Assembly (NCBI GenBank): GCA_013001465.1 | Contig: JABDMM010000115.1 | Span: forward strand, 17,407 to 81,406 | Direction: 5' to 3' | Origin: Chitinophagales bacterium | GTDB lineage: Bacteria; Bacteroidota; Bacteroidia; Chitinophagales; JABDMM01 | Length of the DNA: 64,000 nucleotides | Shown here: positions 1 to 9,493 of the stretch, one piece after another | Layout: each line of letters begins with the position of its first letter | Position numbering within the stretch: position 1 is the stretch's first letter | The notes under the pieces: model-generated | Database searches by the model: none | Told to the model about the DNA's origin: nothing | The model's input: only the letters and a program-made list of their open reading frames with translations | Position numbers and translations under genes: made by a program

Positions 1-2
1 AC

Positions 3-212
3 GCAGTCTACTACTCCCATGATATCGGGTTTCGGAAGCCGGATGATGCTGCGTATACCTATATTCTTAAAAAACATCACATTCCGGCAGATCGATCGTT
101 ATTCATAGATGACCGCATCGAAAACATAGAAACTGCTGCTCGTCTTGGAATAAAAACCTTCCATATGAAAAATCGGCACAGTTTTTTCGGCTTGTTCGAA
201 GAATATATGTAA
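3..212 (+). CDS. HAD-family phosphatase, C-terminal part (5'-truncated by the window edge)
   Basis: My translation from base 3: AVYYSHDIGFRKPDDAAYTYILKKHHIPADRSLFIDDRIENIETAARLGIKTFHM...EEYM*. It contains HAD motif III (RKP) and motif IV (FIDD..ENI..A..LG). Not in the ORF track. Confidence 0.85.
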   Translation, partial: AVYYSHDIGFRKPDDAAYTYILKKHHIPADRSLFIDDRIENIETAARLGIKTFHMKNRHSFFGLFEEYM

Positions 213-222
213 TTTTTAAGTT

Positions 223-1170
223 GTGAGAATATTAATACTACCAATTTGCCTTCTTTTTTGCCTGTCGTTATTCGCTTCGGATACAGACACAATATTCTTA
301 TACGATAATTCAAAAGCAAAAATTGCTGCTTTTCACGATGGCAAGATTCTATCGCCATATAGTAATTCAATTCTCTATACTGTTAAAGGGAATATTGTTT
401 TTACAGGAAATTCCGACTCAAAAGATAACATTCTTTACACTATAGATTCCAGGGATATATTTTCAAAGAGCAAATCTGAAGTCCTTAATAAATCCTCAGA
501 CAGCACTATAATTTCGGTGAGAAAGGGAAGAGTTTATATGGGTGACGGCAATGATGAAAGTTCATTGATGGGTTATATTTCAAAGTCAGCCAATATCATT
601 CAGATCAAGAATTTTAAAAATGAGTTGCTAGGATACACTAACTCTGTCGACATTAACCCGGCTGAAACTTTCATGGCGTTTAGTTTTCTTTCTTCTAAAT
701 ACTCGATCGGCACAATAACAAAGGCAAGAGTAGATTCAGTGGCTAAACAAGCTGGTTCGTCCGGGCAGGTTTTAGGAAGAGTAAAAGCTCGCTGGTCGGG
801 TGATCCACTTTCAGAATGGATCTGGGATGGTAAGATTCTCAGACCTCGCTTTGTTGGCGATATCTATTATGAATGGGTTTTCGATGGCGAGATCGTCAAA
901 CCTCGCTGGCAACATCATATATATGAAGAATGGACATGGGACGGCGAGTCGATCAAACCTTTATGGGCTCAAACTCCGGAGTATGAATATATCTGGAATG
1001 GAAGATTATTGAAACCCTACTGGCCAGCAAATGGAAAAATGGAATTTATTCTTGAAGACGGGATGATCTCACCTTATCTCGGAAGCCCTCGAGGTGAAGA
1101 GTGGATAATTGAAGGCAATGTTCCACTTCCGTTGATATTTATTATTGCTTTAGGAATAGCATACCGTTAA
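223..1170 (+). CDS. Secreted hypothetical protein with C-terminal Trp-rich 19-aa tandem repeats
   Basis: 315-aa ORF with an N-terminal signal peptide (LLFCLSLFA) and repeats of the form EWxWDGxx(L/V/I)(K/R)PxW. Confidence 0.8.
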   Translation: MRILILPICLLFCLSLFASDTDTIFLYDNSKAKIAAFHDGKILSPYSNSILYTVKGNIVFTGNSDSKDNILYTIDSRDIFSKSKSEVLNKSSDSTIISVRKGRVYMGDGNDESSLMGYISKSANIIQIKNFKNELLGYTNSVDINPAETFMAFSFLSSKYSIGTITKARVDSVAKQAGSSGQVLGRVKARWSGDPLSEWIWDGKILRPRFVGDIYYEWVFDGEIVKPRWQHHIYEEWTWDGESIKPLWAQTPEYEYIWNGRLLKPYWPANGKMEFILEDGMISPYLGSPRGEEWIIEGNVPLPLIFIIALGIAYR

Positions 1171-1172
1171 TT

Positions 1173-2153
1173 TCATCGCTCGGATTCGAAGTATTCTCTT
1201 TCGATCGACAAGTCGACTTTCGGATAACGGGACTGCATCTCATCAATTTTTTTAATCTGATCCTCAACAAAGATCTTATGCTGTTGGGTATGCGAGTTTG
1301 TCGGACGGTGATTTGCAGCTTGAACAATAGATCTTACTTCTTGCATGATCTTTCTACTGGCTTCAGAAATTAAATGCGTTATAAATTTTCCCCAGATCAT
1401 CTTAATTGCTAAACGATTCGGATGAACAAGATCTTCAGCATAAAATCTGTAATCTCTTAACTCATCCACAACGAACTCATACGCTGGAAAATAGAAAACC
1501 GCCTCATCCCGTTTACAAAGTTCGTTCACTGCTAATATCAGGCTTGCCTTGCTTCTTTGATTCTCTATCATCCCATCTCTGAAGTGCCTGACCGGGCTCA
1601 CCGTAAATAGAAACTTGGCATCTGCATTTTCTTTTCTAATTTCAAAGATGGTTGATTGCAGTGCCTTTATAATAGTTTCAGGGTTCAGCATATATCTTGA
1701 GAATTCGCTATCCGGTTGTTTATGGCAGTTCGCCACTACTTTTTTATCATTGATCTTCTCATAAACAAAAGCTGTACCCAAGGTAATCGTGATCACTTTT
1801 GCTTCTGTGATCGCTTGCTTGGCTTCTGCAATTTTATCGTTGATCTTGTCCAAGGTTGAATCTGCCGAAGTAGAAGAAAAGTCACCATGATGATCAAAGC
1901 TGAAATACAGTTCATTTTGAAAAAACAAGTCAGATTCAGTGTATACCTTATTGGAGCAAACATTCCTGATAGCATTACAGATCGAGATCGGGTTGTAGAG
2001 AATACCGAATGGATTATTGATCACCTGGAATTTATTCTCATTCAGCAAGCTGCTGATATTCTCAGAGAAGCAGGAGCCAAACATGATAACAGTATCACCA
2101 TATTCGATCTGAAAAGGATAATCCGGAAATTTAACTTCGGTAGAGAGCTTCAT
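1173..2153 (-). CDS. GSCFA domain-containing protein (SGNH-like)
   Basis: Motifs FGSCFSENI, NPFGILYNP, TLGTA, VANCHK, TVSPVRH, YFPAYE..DELRDYRFYAEDLVHP, typical of the Bacteroidota GSCFA family. Confidence 0.9.
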   Translation of the reverse strand: MKLSTEVKFPDYPFQIEYGDTVIMFGSCFSENISSLLNENKFQVINNPFGILYNPISICNAIRNVCSNKVYTESDLFFQNELYFSFDHHGDFSSTSADSTLDKINDKIAEAKQAITEAKVITITLGTAFVYEKINDKKVVANCHKQPDSEFSRYMLNPETIIKALQSTIFEIRKENADAKFLFTVSPVRHFRDGMIENQRSKASLILAVNELCKRDEAVFYFPAYEFVVDELRDYRFYAEDLVHPNRLAIKMIWGKFITHLISEASRKIMQEVRSIVQAANHRPTNSHTQQHKIFVEDQIKKIDEMQSRYPKVDLSIEREYFESER

Positions 2154-2533
2154 TATTTTGTGAGTGCTGCTGTAACTTCGATCTCGATCACCATGTCAGG
2201 ATCGATCAAATTAGAAACCTCTACCAGAGTGGCTGCCGGAGGAGATTTCTTGAAAAACTCATTTGCAACAAGAGCTACATCCTTCCACTGAGTGACATCG
2301 GTGACAAAATATCGAACTCTGATCACCTGGTCAATGCTGCTATTGTTTTCTTTAAGGATCACCGCTATTCTTTCAAGGACAGATCTGGCTTGAGCCTCCA
2401 TCTCACCCGGATAAAGAACCCGGTCTCCATCCATGGAAGTTGTCCCTGCAATTTCTATAATTCCATTGTGAATTACTGCTCTCGAATACGCTGCTTTTTC
2501 CTCGAATCCTGATGAAGATGATATTCGTTTCAT
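2153..2533 (-). CDS. RidA/YjgF family protein
   Basis: Motifs YSRAV, IAGTT, VIRVRYFVTD, PAATLVEVSNLIDPDMVIEIE. Start moved to the ATG at 2533 (MKRISS) to avoid overlap with the upstream gene. Confidence 0.88.
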   Translation of the reverse strand: MKRISSSSGFEEKAAYSRAVIHNGIIEIAGTTSMDGDRVLYPGEMEAQARSVLERIAVILKENNSSIDQVIRVRYFVTDVTQWKDVALVANEFFKKSPPAATLVEVSNLIDPDMVIEIEVTAALTK

Positions 2534-2571
2534 GCCATAAAAATAGCACGAAGAGATTGTATCTACATGAA

Positions 2572-3105
2572 TTAATTCACCTTTCTCCCGGAAGCTTTGC
2601 GTTGCTTGATATCCCAATCCCGAATTTCTTTAAGATTCACAAGCAAATGAGCTGTCGAGCTTTCAGGCGAAGTATAATAGGCTACATCATTATAAGTAAC
2701 TCTGCCTACGCGGTTATTCCATTCTGAGGCGAAAAGAAAAAACTGTTCTCCCTTTTTCGGATTTGGTCCGAAAGTTAAAAAGTGAGCATCATCGATCTCG
2801 AAACTGATCCCCACTCTATCTTCATCTGGAAAATAAACAGCGATACCCGGCGTACCTTTCTTGATAACGACCTCTTCGACCTTCTTTCCATCTACAACTT
2901 TTATCTTTCCGGATTCTATTTTGATCTTACCATCAACAAGCTTTCGCTGAAGGATGATATCTTCTGAGGTATAGAATTGAATTCTTTGGACGTCTGCTCT
3001 GTTCCAATCATTTTCGATCTGCAATTGCTTTGTATATGGGATCAGGTTCTTGCTGCAGGAAGACAGACCTAGAGCCAAAACCGAAAGGAGTATTAAGTGT
3101 TTCAT
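2572..3105 (-). CDS. Hypothetical lipoprotein
   Basis: 177-aa ORF with a signal peptide ending in a lipobox (LGLSSC). Confidence 0.8.
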   Translation of the reverse strand: MKHLILLSVLALGLSSCSKNLIPYTKQLQIENDWNRADVQRIQFYTSEDIILQRKLVDGKIKIESGKIKVVDGKKVEEVVIKKGTPGIAVYFPDEDRVGISFEIDDAHFLTFGPNPKKGEQFFLFASEWNNRVGRVTYNDVAYYTSPESSTAHLLVNLKEIRDWDIKQRKASGRKVN

Positions 3106-3132
3106 ATCACATCAGATTTAAGTTTCTTTACG

Positions 3133-3148
3133 TACAATTAAAGTGCCA
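3133..3148 (-). promoter_or_regulatory. Putative sigma-54 (-24/-12) promoter of the lipoprotein gene
   Basis: Minus strand reads TGGCACTTTAATTGTA (TGGCAC-N5-TTGT, one mismatch to TTGC), ending 27 nt before the ATG at 3105. Confidence 0.5.
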
Positions 3149-3180
3149 AACTTGGAAATTGGTGGTAATACGTTTTATTT

Positions 3181-3333
3181 ATGATGTACTATTTTGGTTT
3201 CGGCGTTATTTTATTGTTTAGTTATCTTCTTGCTAAGAGGAATGAAAGAAGAGGTTATAATTTCTGGTCCAATTTTATTTTAAATGTTGTGGCGTGGACG
3301 GGGATCTGTGCGATATTTATTGGATTGATGTAG
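3181..3333 (+). CDS. Small putative two-TM membrane protein (50 aa)
   Basis: My translation: MMYYFGFGVILLFSYLLAKRNERRGYNFWSNFILNVVAWTGICAIFIGLM*. Two hydrophobic segments flank a basic loop. Below the ORF-track size cutoff. Confidence 0.5.
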   Translation: MMYYFGFGVILLFSYLLAKRNERRGYNFWSNFILNVVAWTGICAIFIGLM

Positions 3334-3353
3334 TCCTTTTATTTGACAGCGTA

Positions 3354-3430
3354 GAATTTTTACCGCAGAGGGCGCTGAGGTTTTTACCGCAGAGGACGCT
3401 GAGAATTTTTACCGCAGAGGGCACAGAAAA
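3354..3430. repeat. Three tandem ~24-25 bp REP-like repeats (TTTTTACCGCAGAGG(A/G)C(G/A)C(T/A)GA)
   Basis: Read directly: tttttaccgcagagggcgctgag / tttttaccgcagaggacgctgag / tttttaccgcagagggcacagaa. No unique spacers between units. Confidence 0.9.
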
Positions 3431-3443
3431 TTTACTTTCGAAA

Positions 3444-5534
3444 CTAGTGTAGGATCAGGTTATCCTGAAATACCTTTTTTGCTGCATTTACTTTTACGAT
3501 ATACATTCCAGCCTCAAGCTCAGAAACATCGATCTTGTTTAGACCTTTGCTCAGGTTACTTTCAGAATAAATTAACTGTCCTGTCACAGAGTAAATCTCA
3601 AGAGACCTCACATCCTTAATAGTGGCAATGTCAATATGGAAATAGCCACTTGAAGGATTAGGATAAATGCGAAGACCATTTATAATTTCTGTTTGTTCTA
3701 TAGCGGTTGGGTCTGAGTCTTCAACTTTAAATCCATCGAATGCCGCATCTACGATATGTCCAGCGATCGCAAAATCAGAAGTCTCAACGTATAATCTCAT
3801 ATTATCGGTCGGAGCGAGATAATCATTTAAGTTAAACGATCGATCTTTCCATTGATTTGTATTCAATTCATCTGCATCCACAATTTCAAGAACCACATTA
3901 TCGGTTCCGTTAGTGATCCGAATAGTTAGCTCATCATCAAGTGCTGGTGGCGGAGTACCATTTCCGCCTCCATTATAAAACCAGCGAGCATACGAAAGCA
4001 CTGGAGCGTTCATTCCGCTGAGATCAAAAACCGGTGAGAAGAGTATCATAGTGCCATCATCCACATCATTTGCTCCGGCATTTCCAGCAGTGTTACCGGT
4101 CACCCAGCTTTTCTGTCCGAAATCTGAAGCGATGTCGAAGTTTGGTTGGGTCACATCACCATTAAAAGTTGCTTCCACTGGTACGCCTCTTTCCCAAATT
4201 CCTGCAGTCGCATTCCCTGAAACTGACCATCCGAAATCCATGATGAAATCATCGTAATAGATCCCATCTTCGATCGAGATTATAATATTAGGCGTATTTT
4301 TATCTATCAGCTGGTTAGTGGCATAGTTTTCTGTCATATAGCCCCATTTTCCAGCATAAATATTGTAGTTAGCTTCTATAAATGCATTGGAAGTGAAGTA
4401 TCCTCCGGAATTTGCTTCTAACTCGATCTCATAATCATCTGTTATAAAAATTACCTTAGCTGCATCAACACCAAGACCTGTATTTTTATCTATGATCTGG
4501 CCTTCAAAAGTAAAAACCTCCTGAATTCCAGGACTCGTCAAAAGTCCTGCCCGGCTAGTATTTAGAGTACTCTCCATGAGATCTACCTGGCCATCGGTAA
4601 ATAGATTCATGCAGGCATCATTTACGTAATCCATATAATTCATTGGCATATCCGGATTATCATTTGGAACTTCGGTACACGTATTTTGATTTGTACCGGT
4701 TATGCATCCATAATTTGCAGAAAATGTTGGAGGAGTATCACAGATGTCATCCCCCTGAAAACCACAATTGGAAGCATTGTTTCCTGAGCAACCGCCTTGA
4801 AAGGTATGTAACAGACCTAAGTAATGGCCAACCTCATGTGTTCCTGTACGACCTCTGTTATAAGGGCTGGCACCGGGAAAATTATTTGTGGTTGAAGATC
4901 CAACATACCTGTAATCTAGAACAACACCATCTCTATTTGGGTTTGTGCCCGGAAGTGTCGCATAGCCGAGTATTCCATTATCCATATCAGCGATCCATAT
5001 ATTGAAATACAAATTCGCATCCCATGTCGTAGCCGGTTTGATCGAGTTATCTATTGTCCCTGTATTGCTTATTTGTCCATAGTTGTGGCGTGTTATTCCG
5101 GAAGTTGGATTGCCATTCGGGTCTACTGCTGCCATAATGAACTCAATATCCATCGAACCTGCAATGGATTTAAATACATTAGGAGTATTCCCGGAATCCG
5201 GATTAAAACGATTAAAATCCTCATTTAAAACCTGTATTTGAGAGTACAACTGCATGGAATCGAGATTTGATCCAAGACCGACAGCTTCTCCGGCATGCAA
5301 TACATGAAAAACTACTGGGATTCTATATTGAGCAACTTTATTACTTGCATTAGAAAATTGCTGATTATACTGAAGGATCTTTGCTCTCTCTGCTTTTATT
5401 GCTTTAAACTCATCTGGATTCTGAATACTGAGCTGTTCAAGAATTTGATCTGTATAACATCTGTGGATCTGCTGTGCTTGAGAGCTTAAAGAGAACATAA
5501 CTGTGACAAGCAAGGGGATAAAGAATCTTTTCAT
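3444..5534 (-). CDS. M43 (pappalysin/ulilysin-like) zinc metalloprotease with T9SS C-terminal sorting domain
   Basis: Signal peptide, propeptide Cys (HRCYT), IPVVFHVLH, zinc motif HEVGHYLGLLH, Met-turn NYMDY, and C-terminal IYPNPS...GMYIVKV. Confidence 0.92.
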   Translation of the reverse strand: MKRFFIPLLVTVMFSLSSQAQQIHRCYTDQILEQLSIQNPDEFKAIKAERAKILQYNQQFSNASNKVAQYRIPVVFHVLHAGEAVGLGSNLDSMQLYSQIQVLNEDFNRFNPDSGNTPNVFKSIAGSMDIEFIMAAVDPNGNPTSGITRHNYGQISNTGTIDNSIKPATTWDANLYFNIWIADMDNGILGYATLPGTNPNRDGVVLDYRYVGSSTTNNFPGASPYNRGRTGTHEVGHYLGLLHTFQGGCSGNNASNCGFQGDDICDTPPTFSANYGCITGTNQNTCTEVPNDNPDMPMNYMDYVNDACMNLFTDGQVDLMESTLNTSRAGLLTSPGIQEVFTFEGQIIDKNTGLGVDAAKVIFITDDYEIELEANSGGYFTSNAFIEANYNIYAGKWGYMTENYATNQLIDKNTPNIIISIEDGIYYDDFIMDFGWSVSGNATAGIWERGVPVEATFNGDVTQPNFDIASDFGQKSWVTGNTAGNAGANDVDDGTMILFSPVFDLSGMNAPVLSYARWFYNGGGNGTPPPALDDELTIRITNGTDNVVLEIVDADELNTNQWKDRSFNLNDYLAPTDNMRLYVETSDFAIAGHIVDAAFDGFKVEDSDPTAIEQTEIINGLRIYPNPSSGYFHIDIATIKDVRSLEIYSVTGQLIYSESNLSKGLNKIDVSELEAGMYIVKVNAAKKVFQDNLILH

Positions 5535-5566
5535 AAAATTGGATTAGATGTATCGTAAAGAGGCCA

Positions 5567-5574
5567 CAAAAATA
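5567..5574 (-). promoter_or_regulatory. Bacteroidota -7 promoter element (TAnnTTTG) for the M43 protease gene
   Basis: Minus strand reads TATTTTTG, about 32 nt upstream of the ATG at 5534. Confidence 0.45.
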
Positions 5575-5650
5575 CAAAATTTTAGCCAGAGTCTCTTCCA
5601 CCTAATGCTTCATAGATAGAAGTAACTTTTAATGTGACAAAAAACTGAGT

Positions 5651-6010
5651 TTATTGTTCATCTACTAATGAATATAAAATAGAATTAATCAGTGACAAAA
5701 TCAAGCTAAAAAGCAATGCCCACCAGAAATTTTCGACACTGAAGCCTGCAAGCAGATAATCGGCGATCATGATGACACATGAGTTGATAACCAGAAGAAA
5801 AAGTCCCAAAGTTAAGACCGTGAGAGGTAATGTAAATATTACAAGAAGAGGTTTGATCGTTACATTGAGCAAAGCGATAATAAGCGCAGTTAATATCGCA
5901 TGACCGTAGTTGAGCACAGAAACTCCGCTTAGAAGATATGCTGTAAGAATAACAGCAAAGCCGGATATAAGTATTTTTACGAGTATTCTTATCACTGCAT
6001 AAACATACAA
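5651..6010 (-). CDS. YvlD/DUF360 family 4-TM membrane protein (Pfam 'phage holin 4_2' type)
   Basis: Motifs LLNVTIKPLLVIFTLPLTVLTLGLFLLVINS and GFSVENFWWALLFSLILS. Start codon uncertain. Confidence 0.88.
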   Translation of the reverse strand: MYVYAVIRILVKILISGFAVILTAYLLSGVSVLNYGHAILTALIIALLNVTIKPLLVIFTLPLTVLTLGLFLLVINSCVIMIADYLLAGFSVENFWWALLFSLILSLINSILYSLVDEQ

Positions 6011-6027
6011 AAAAACAAGAATGGAGC

Positions 6028-9000
6028 TTACATATTTCGTCTGTACTGACCGCCTACTTTATAAAGTGCATGTGTGATCTGTCCAAGAGATGCAATTTTG
6101 CTTGCTTCCATTAAATCGGTAAAGATATTCTTCCCTTCGAGCGTGATCATTTGGAGATTTTTTAGTGTTTCAGGTTGCTGTTCTTGACATCTCTTCTTGA
6201 GTTCTTCAAGAGTGCGGATTTGAAACTGTTTTTCATCTTCGGTAGATCTGATGACTTCTTCAGGTATGATCGTTGGAGAACCCTTAGAACTGAGGAATGT
6301 ATTTACGCCAATAATAGGATATTCTCCCGTATGTTTAAGCGTTTCATAATATAGCGATTCTTCCTGTATCTTACTTCTCTGATACATCGTCTCCATTGCG
6401 CCAAGGACCCCGCCCCGTTCCGTTATCCTATCGAACTCAGACAAAACTGCTTCTTCCACTAAGTCAGTAAGTTCCTCGATAATAAAAGCTCCCTGAATTG
6501 GATTTTGATTTTTAGCCAGACCTAGCTCATGATTGATGATCAATTGGATCGCTACTGCTCTTCTTACCGATTCTTCCGTTGGAGTCGTGATCGCCTCATC
6601 ATATGCATTTGTATGAAGGGAATTGCAGTTATCATAAATTGCATATAGCGCCTGAAGTGTCGTTCGAATATCGTTAAACTGGATTTCCTGAGCATGAAGT
6701 GATCTGCCAGATGTTTGGATATGATATTTCAACTTTTGAGATCGCTCATTTGCTCCATATTTCAACTTGAGCGCTTTAGCCCATATTTTTCTTGCAACCC
6801 TTCCGATAACTGCATACTCCGGATCAACTCCATTCGAGAAGAAAAAAGAAAAATTATGCACGAATTTGTCGACATCCATTCCACGAGAAACATAGTACTC
6901 GAGAAAGGTAAAACCGTTTGCCAGAGTAAATGCTAACTGACTGATCGGGTTTGCACCAGCTTCAGCGATGTGATAACCTGATATAGAAACCGAATAAAAA
7001 TTACGCACCTTTTGGTCTATAAAATACTGCTGAACATCTCCCATGAGTTTTAATGAGAACTCAGTTGAGAATATACATGTATTCTGTGCCTGGTCTTCTT
7101 TTAGGATATCTGCTTGCACAGTTCCACGCACATTTGCAAGTGTATGACTTTTAATTTCCTCATAGACTTCAGCTGAAAGAACTTTATCACCTGTTGTCCC
7201 TAGCAACATCAGTCCCAGGCCATCATTTCCCTCCGGCAGATCGCCATTATATTGAGGCTGTTTGTCGTTTTTGAAAATGACCTTAAGCTTTGCTTTAACC
7301 TCTTCTTCAAGCCCATTTTCTTTAATATACTTTTCACACTGCTGATCGATAGCAGCATTTAAAAAGAATGCGGTTATTATAGCTGCCGGACCATTGATCG
7401 TCATCGACACCGAAGTCTTTGGATTGCAGAGATCAAAACCGGAATACAGTTTTTTCGCATCATCAAGACAACAAACTGAAACACCTGAGTTTCCTATTTT
7501 ACCATATATATCTGGTCTGTGATCAGGATCTTCACCATAAAGCGTAACAGAATCAAATGCGGTAGACAATCGTTTTGCAGGCATTCCAAGAGACACGTAA
7601 TGAAAACGTTTATTCGTCCGTTCGGGTCCGCCTTCACCGGCAAACATTCGAGTTGGATCCTCGCCTTCTCTTTTAAAAGGGAAAACTCCAGCTGTGAAGG
7701 GGAAACTACCTGGGACATTTTCCTGCTTCAACCATCGCAACAGGTCTCCCCAAGCCTGATATTTCGGAGTACTGATCTTGGGGATGTTTATGTGCGAGAG
7801 TGACTTTGAATGAGTATCGACTTTAATTTCTTTATCTCTCACTTTAAATACATATTCGTCATCCTCATATCTTTTCTTAAGTTTCGGCCAACCTTCGAGC
7901 AAGGACAAATTTTCGGGTTTCAGGTTCTTTCTGAATGAAACTATCTTTTCATCTAATTCTGAAGGAGAATGTTCACCCAGGATCATTTTTGATTGCTCAA
8001 GATTGTAGACTTTCTGTGCTATATCAGATTGCTCTTCTACTTCCTTATTATATCCTCGAATAGTTTCAGAGATTTCTGAAAGATAACGAACACGCTTAGG
8101 AGGAATGATATAGATCTTTTCAGACATCTCCGTGCCCGGATTGAAACCGGATTTCAAATCTGCCTTGGTCTTTTCGTTCAACACTTCCAGTATGCGAACA
8201 TAGAGATTGTTCATCCCGGGATCATTGAACTGTGAAGCTATGGTACCGACTACGGGTAACGAATCATCGTCGGCTTCGAATTGGTTATGATTTCTTTTGA
8301 ATTGTTTCTTTACATCTCGAAGGGCATCGAGAGCGCCACGCTTATCGAATTTATTGATCGCTATGATATCTGCAAAATCAAGCATATCGATCTTCTCTAA
8401 TTGTGAAGCAGCACCATACTCAGGGGTCATAACATATAATGAAGCGTCTGAGAAATCGACGATCTCAGTATCTGATTGACCTATACCTGATGTTTCGAGA
8501 ATGATCAGATCAAACTTTGCATATTTTAAAACATTCAAAACATCATCAATATATTTTGAAAGGGCCAGATTCGATTGTCTTGTCGCAAGAGAACGCATAT
8601 AGACTCTGTCATTATAGATCGAATTCATTCTGATCCGATCACCCAACAACGCTCCACCGCTCTTTCTTTTTGAAGGATCAACAGAAACGATAGCGACTTG
8701 TTTGTCATCAAAATCAATAAGAAACCTGCGAACCAATTCATCGACAAGTGAAGATTTCCCTGCACCGCCAGTTCCTGTAATTCCCAGAACAGGAGTTGCG
8801 GACGTTTTAGCTTCCTTTCTAATGATGGCCATCATCTCTCCGTACTGCGAACCGTAATTTTCAATACCGCTGATCACTTTTGCGATCGCACCTTTATCTG
8901 CAACACCTTTGATCTTGAATTCTCCATTGAGTTGTTCACCGATCGCGTAATCGCTTTGTTTTAGCAAATCGTTGATCATACCCTGAAGCCCCATTTCTCT

Positions 9001-9381
9001 TCCATCATCAGGAGAATAGATCTTATCTATTCCGTACTTATGAAGCTCTTCAATTTCACTTGGCAGAATGGTTCCGCCACCTCCACCGAAAATTTTAATA
9101 TGGCTTGCGCCATTCTCTTGCAGCAGGTCGTGCATATATTTAAAAAACTCGACATGCCCGCCTTGATAAGATGTTATTGCAATAGCCTGAACATCTTCCT
9201 GAATCGCACAGTCTACAATTTCCTGAACCGATCTGTTATGTCCGAGATGGATCACCTCGGCACCGCTGGATTGAAGTATACGTCTCATAATATTGATGGC
9301 AACATCATGACCATCGAATAAAGATGCGGCAGTTACAATCCTGATCTTATTTGTAGGTGTGTATTTTGAAGGAGTCTCCAT
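6028..9381 (-). CDS. icmF: Fused isobutyryl-CoA mutase / MeaB-like GTPase (IcmF)
   Basis: N-terminal B12-binding domain (SLFDGHD), P-loop GTGGAGKSS with DRIRMN, and a mutase barrel ([44 protein letters not shown]). ATG at 9381 chosen; the ORF track starts at 9396. Confidence 0.95.
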   Translation of the reverse strand: METPSKYTPTNKIRIVTAASLFDGHDVAINIMRRILQSSGAEVIHLGHNRSVQEIVDCAIQEDVQAIAITSYQGGHVEFFKYMHDLLQENGASHIKIFGGGGGTILPSEIEELHKYGIDKIYSPDDGREMGLQGMINDLLKQSDYAIGEQLNGEFKIKGVADKGAIAKVISGIENYGSQYGEMMAIIRKEAKTSATPVLGITGTGGAGKSSLVDELVRRFLIDFDDKQVAIVSVDPSKRKSGGALLGDRIRMNSIYNDRVYMRSLATRQSNLALSKYIDDVLNVLKYAKFDLIILETSGIGQSDTEIVDFSDASLYVMTPEYGAASQLEKIDMLDFADIIAINKFDKRGALDALRDVKKQFKRNHNQFEADDDSLPVVGTIASQFNDPGMNNLYVRILEVLNEKTKADLKSGFNPGTEMSEKIYIIPPKRVRYLSEISETIRGYNKEVEEQSDIAQKVYNLEQSKMILGEHSPSELDEKIVSFRKNLKPENLSLLEGWPKLKKRYEDDEYVFKVRDKEIKVDTHSKSLSHINIPKISTPKYQAWGDLLRWLKQENVPGSFPFTAGVFPFKREGEDPTRMFAGEGGPERTNKRFHYVSLGMPAKRLSTAFDSVTLYGEDPDHRPDIYGKIGNSGVSVCCLDDAKKLYSGFDLCNPKTSVSMTINGPAAIITAFFLNAAIDQQCEKYIKENGLEEEVKAKLKVIFKNDKQPQYNGDLPEGNDGLGLMLLGTTGDKVLSAEVYEEIKSHTLANVRGTVQADILKEDQAQNTCIFSTEFSLKLMGDVQQYFIDQKVRNFYSVSISGYHIAEAGANPISQLAFTLANGFTFLEYYVSRGMDVDKFVHNFSFFFSNGVDPEYAVIGRVARKIWAKALKLKYGANERSQKLKYHIQTSGRSLHAQEIQFNDIRTTLQALYAIYDNCNSLHTNAYDEAITTPTEESVRRAVAIQLIINHELGLAKNQNPIQGAFIIEELTDLVEEAVLSEFDRITERGGVLGAMETMYQRSKIQEESLYYETLKHTGEYPIIGVNTFLSSKGSPTIIPEEVIRSTEDEKQFQIRTLEELKKRCQEQQPETLKNLQMITLEGKNIFTDLMEASKIASLGQITHALYKVGGQYRRNM

Positions 9382-9399
9382 ACTATAGAAATTCAATTA

Positions 9400-9407
9400 C
9401 AAATTTA
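9400..9407 (-). promoter_or_regulatory. Bacteroidota -7 promoter element for icmF
   Basis: Minus strand reads TAAATTTG, 18 nt upstream of the ATG at 9381. Confidence 0.5.
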
Positions 9408-9493
9408 CGAATTATCCTTCCACTCTTGTTTACATCTTAGATTTACTTTCTGAAGGATTTTAACCAACTTTGTACGCTGAAACTCACTCAACC

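Noticed and set aside
2534-2617. N-terminal extension of RidA overlapping the lipoprotein gene
   Set aside because: The family-like sequence starts at MKRISS (ATG 2533); the extension comes from longest-ORF calling.
3354-3430. Possible mini-CRISPR array
   Set aside because: The units are directly adjacent with no unique spacers, and no cas genes are in the window.
5651-6010. 'Phage holin' as evidence of a prophage
   Set aside because: YvlD/DUF360 proteins are common chromosomal membrane proteins; there is no endolysin, integrase or structural phage gene nearby.
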